From the NCBI GenBank assembly GCA_050230475.1, contig JBFLGF010000093.1, forward strand, positions 1-64,000: 64,000 nt of DNA, written 5' to 3'. Position numbers and translations under genes: made by a program. Below, piece by piece: positions 63,985 to 64,000 of the stretch. Positions within the stretch are counted from its first letter, which is position 1. Each line of letters opens with the position of its first letter. Origin of the DNA: Ancylonema sp. (Eukaryota). The notes beneath the pieces are model-generated. The model did no database searches. It worked only from the letters and a program-made list of their open reading frames with translations, and was not told where the DNA came from.

Positions 63985-64000
63985 NATAATCCACATTAGC

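Noticed and set aside
63985..64000. LTR fused to protease-region sequence as a deletion derivative
   Set aside because: The join is at an N, i.e. an assembly gap.

Overview
Eukaryotic, host-gene-free nest of LTR retrotransposons, probably from a green alga or streptophyte (inference only). Contents: six insertions of one Ty1/copia family (A) and three related copia LTR families (B, C, D); families A, B and D carry the internal tRNA-iMet PBS GGTTATGGGCCCA. There is also an unrelated copia (E), a chromodomain Ty3/gypsy (G1), a second gypsy pol remnant (G2), solo LTRs with exact TSDs, two unassigned LTR-like repeats (Y, Z) and a 22-bp minisatellite. Matching TSDs and reading frames reveal two nested inversions (about 23852-44234 and 32938-35810). 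Undoing them reassembles an element X with a retropepsin, a long low-complexity/helical region, a C5-cytosine DNA methyltransferase-fold domain, a PPT and an LTR, but no RT, RNase H or integrase. The methyltransferase-fold domain appears to have lost its catalytic motifs. G1 carries an extra domain between gag and protease that may be a degenerate N6-adenine methyltransferase. Almost all ORFs are frameshifted, through decay and/or assembly indels. Family labels A-E, G1, G2 and X-Z are my own, and domain calls come from motif recognition by eye, not from searches.
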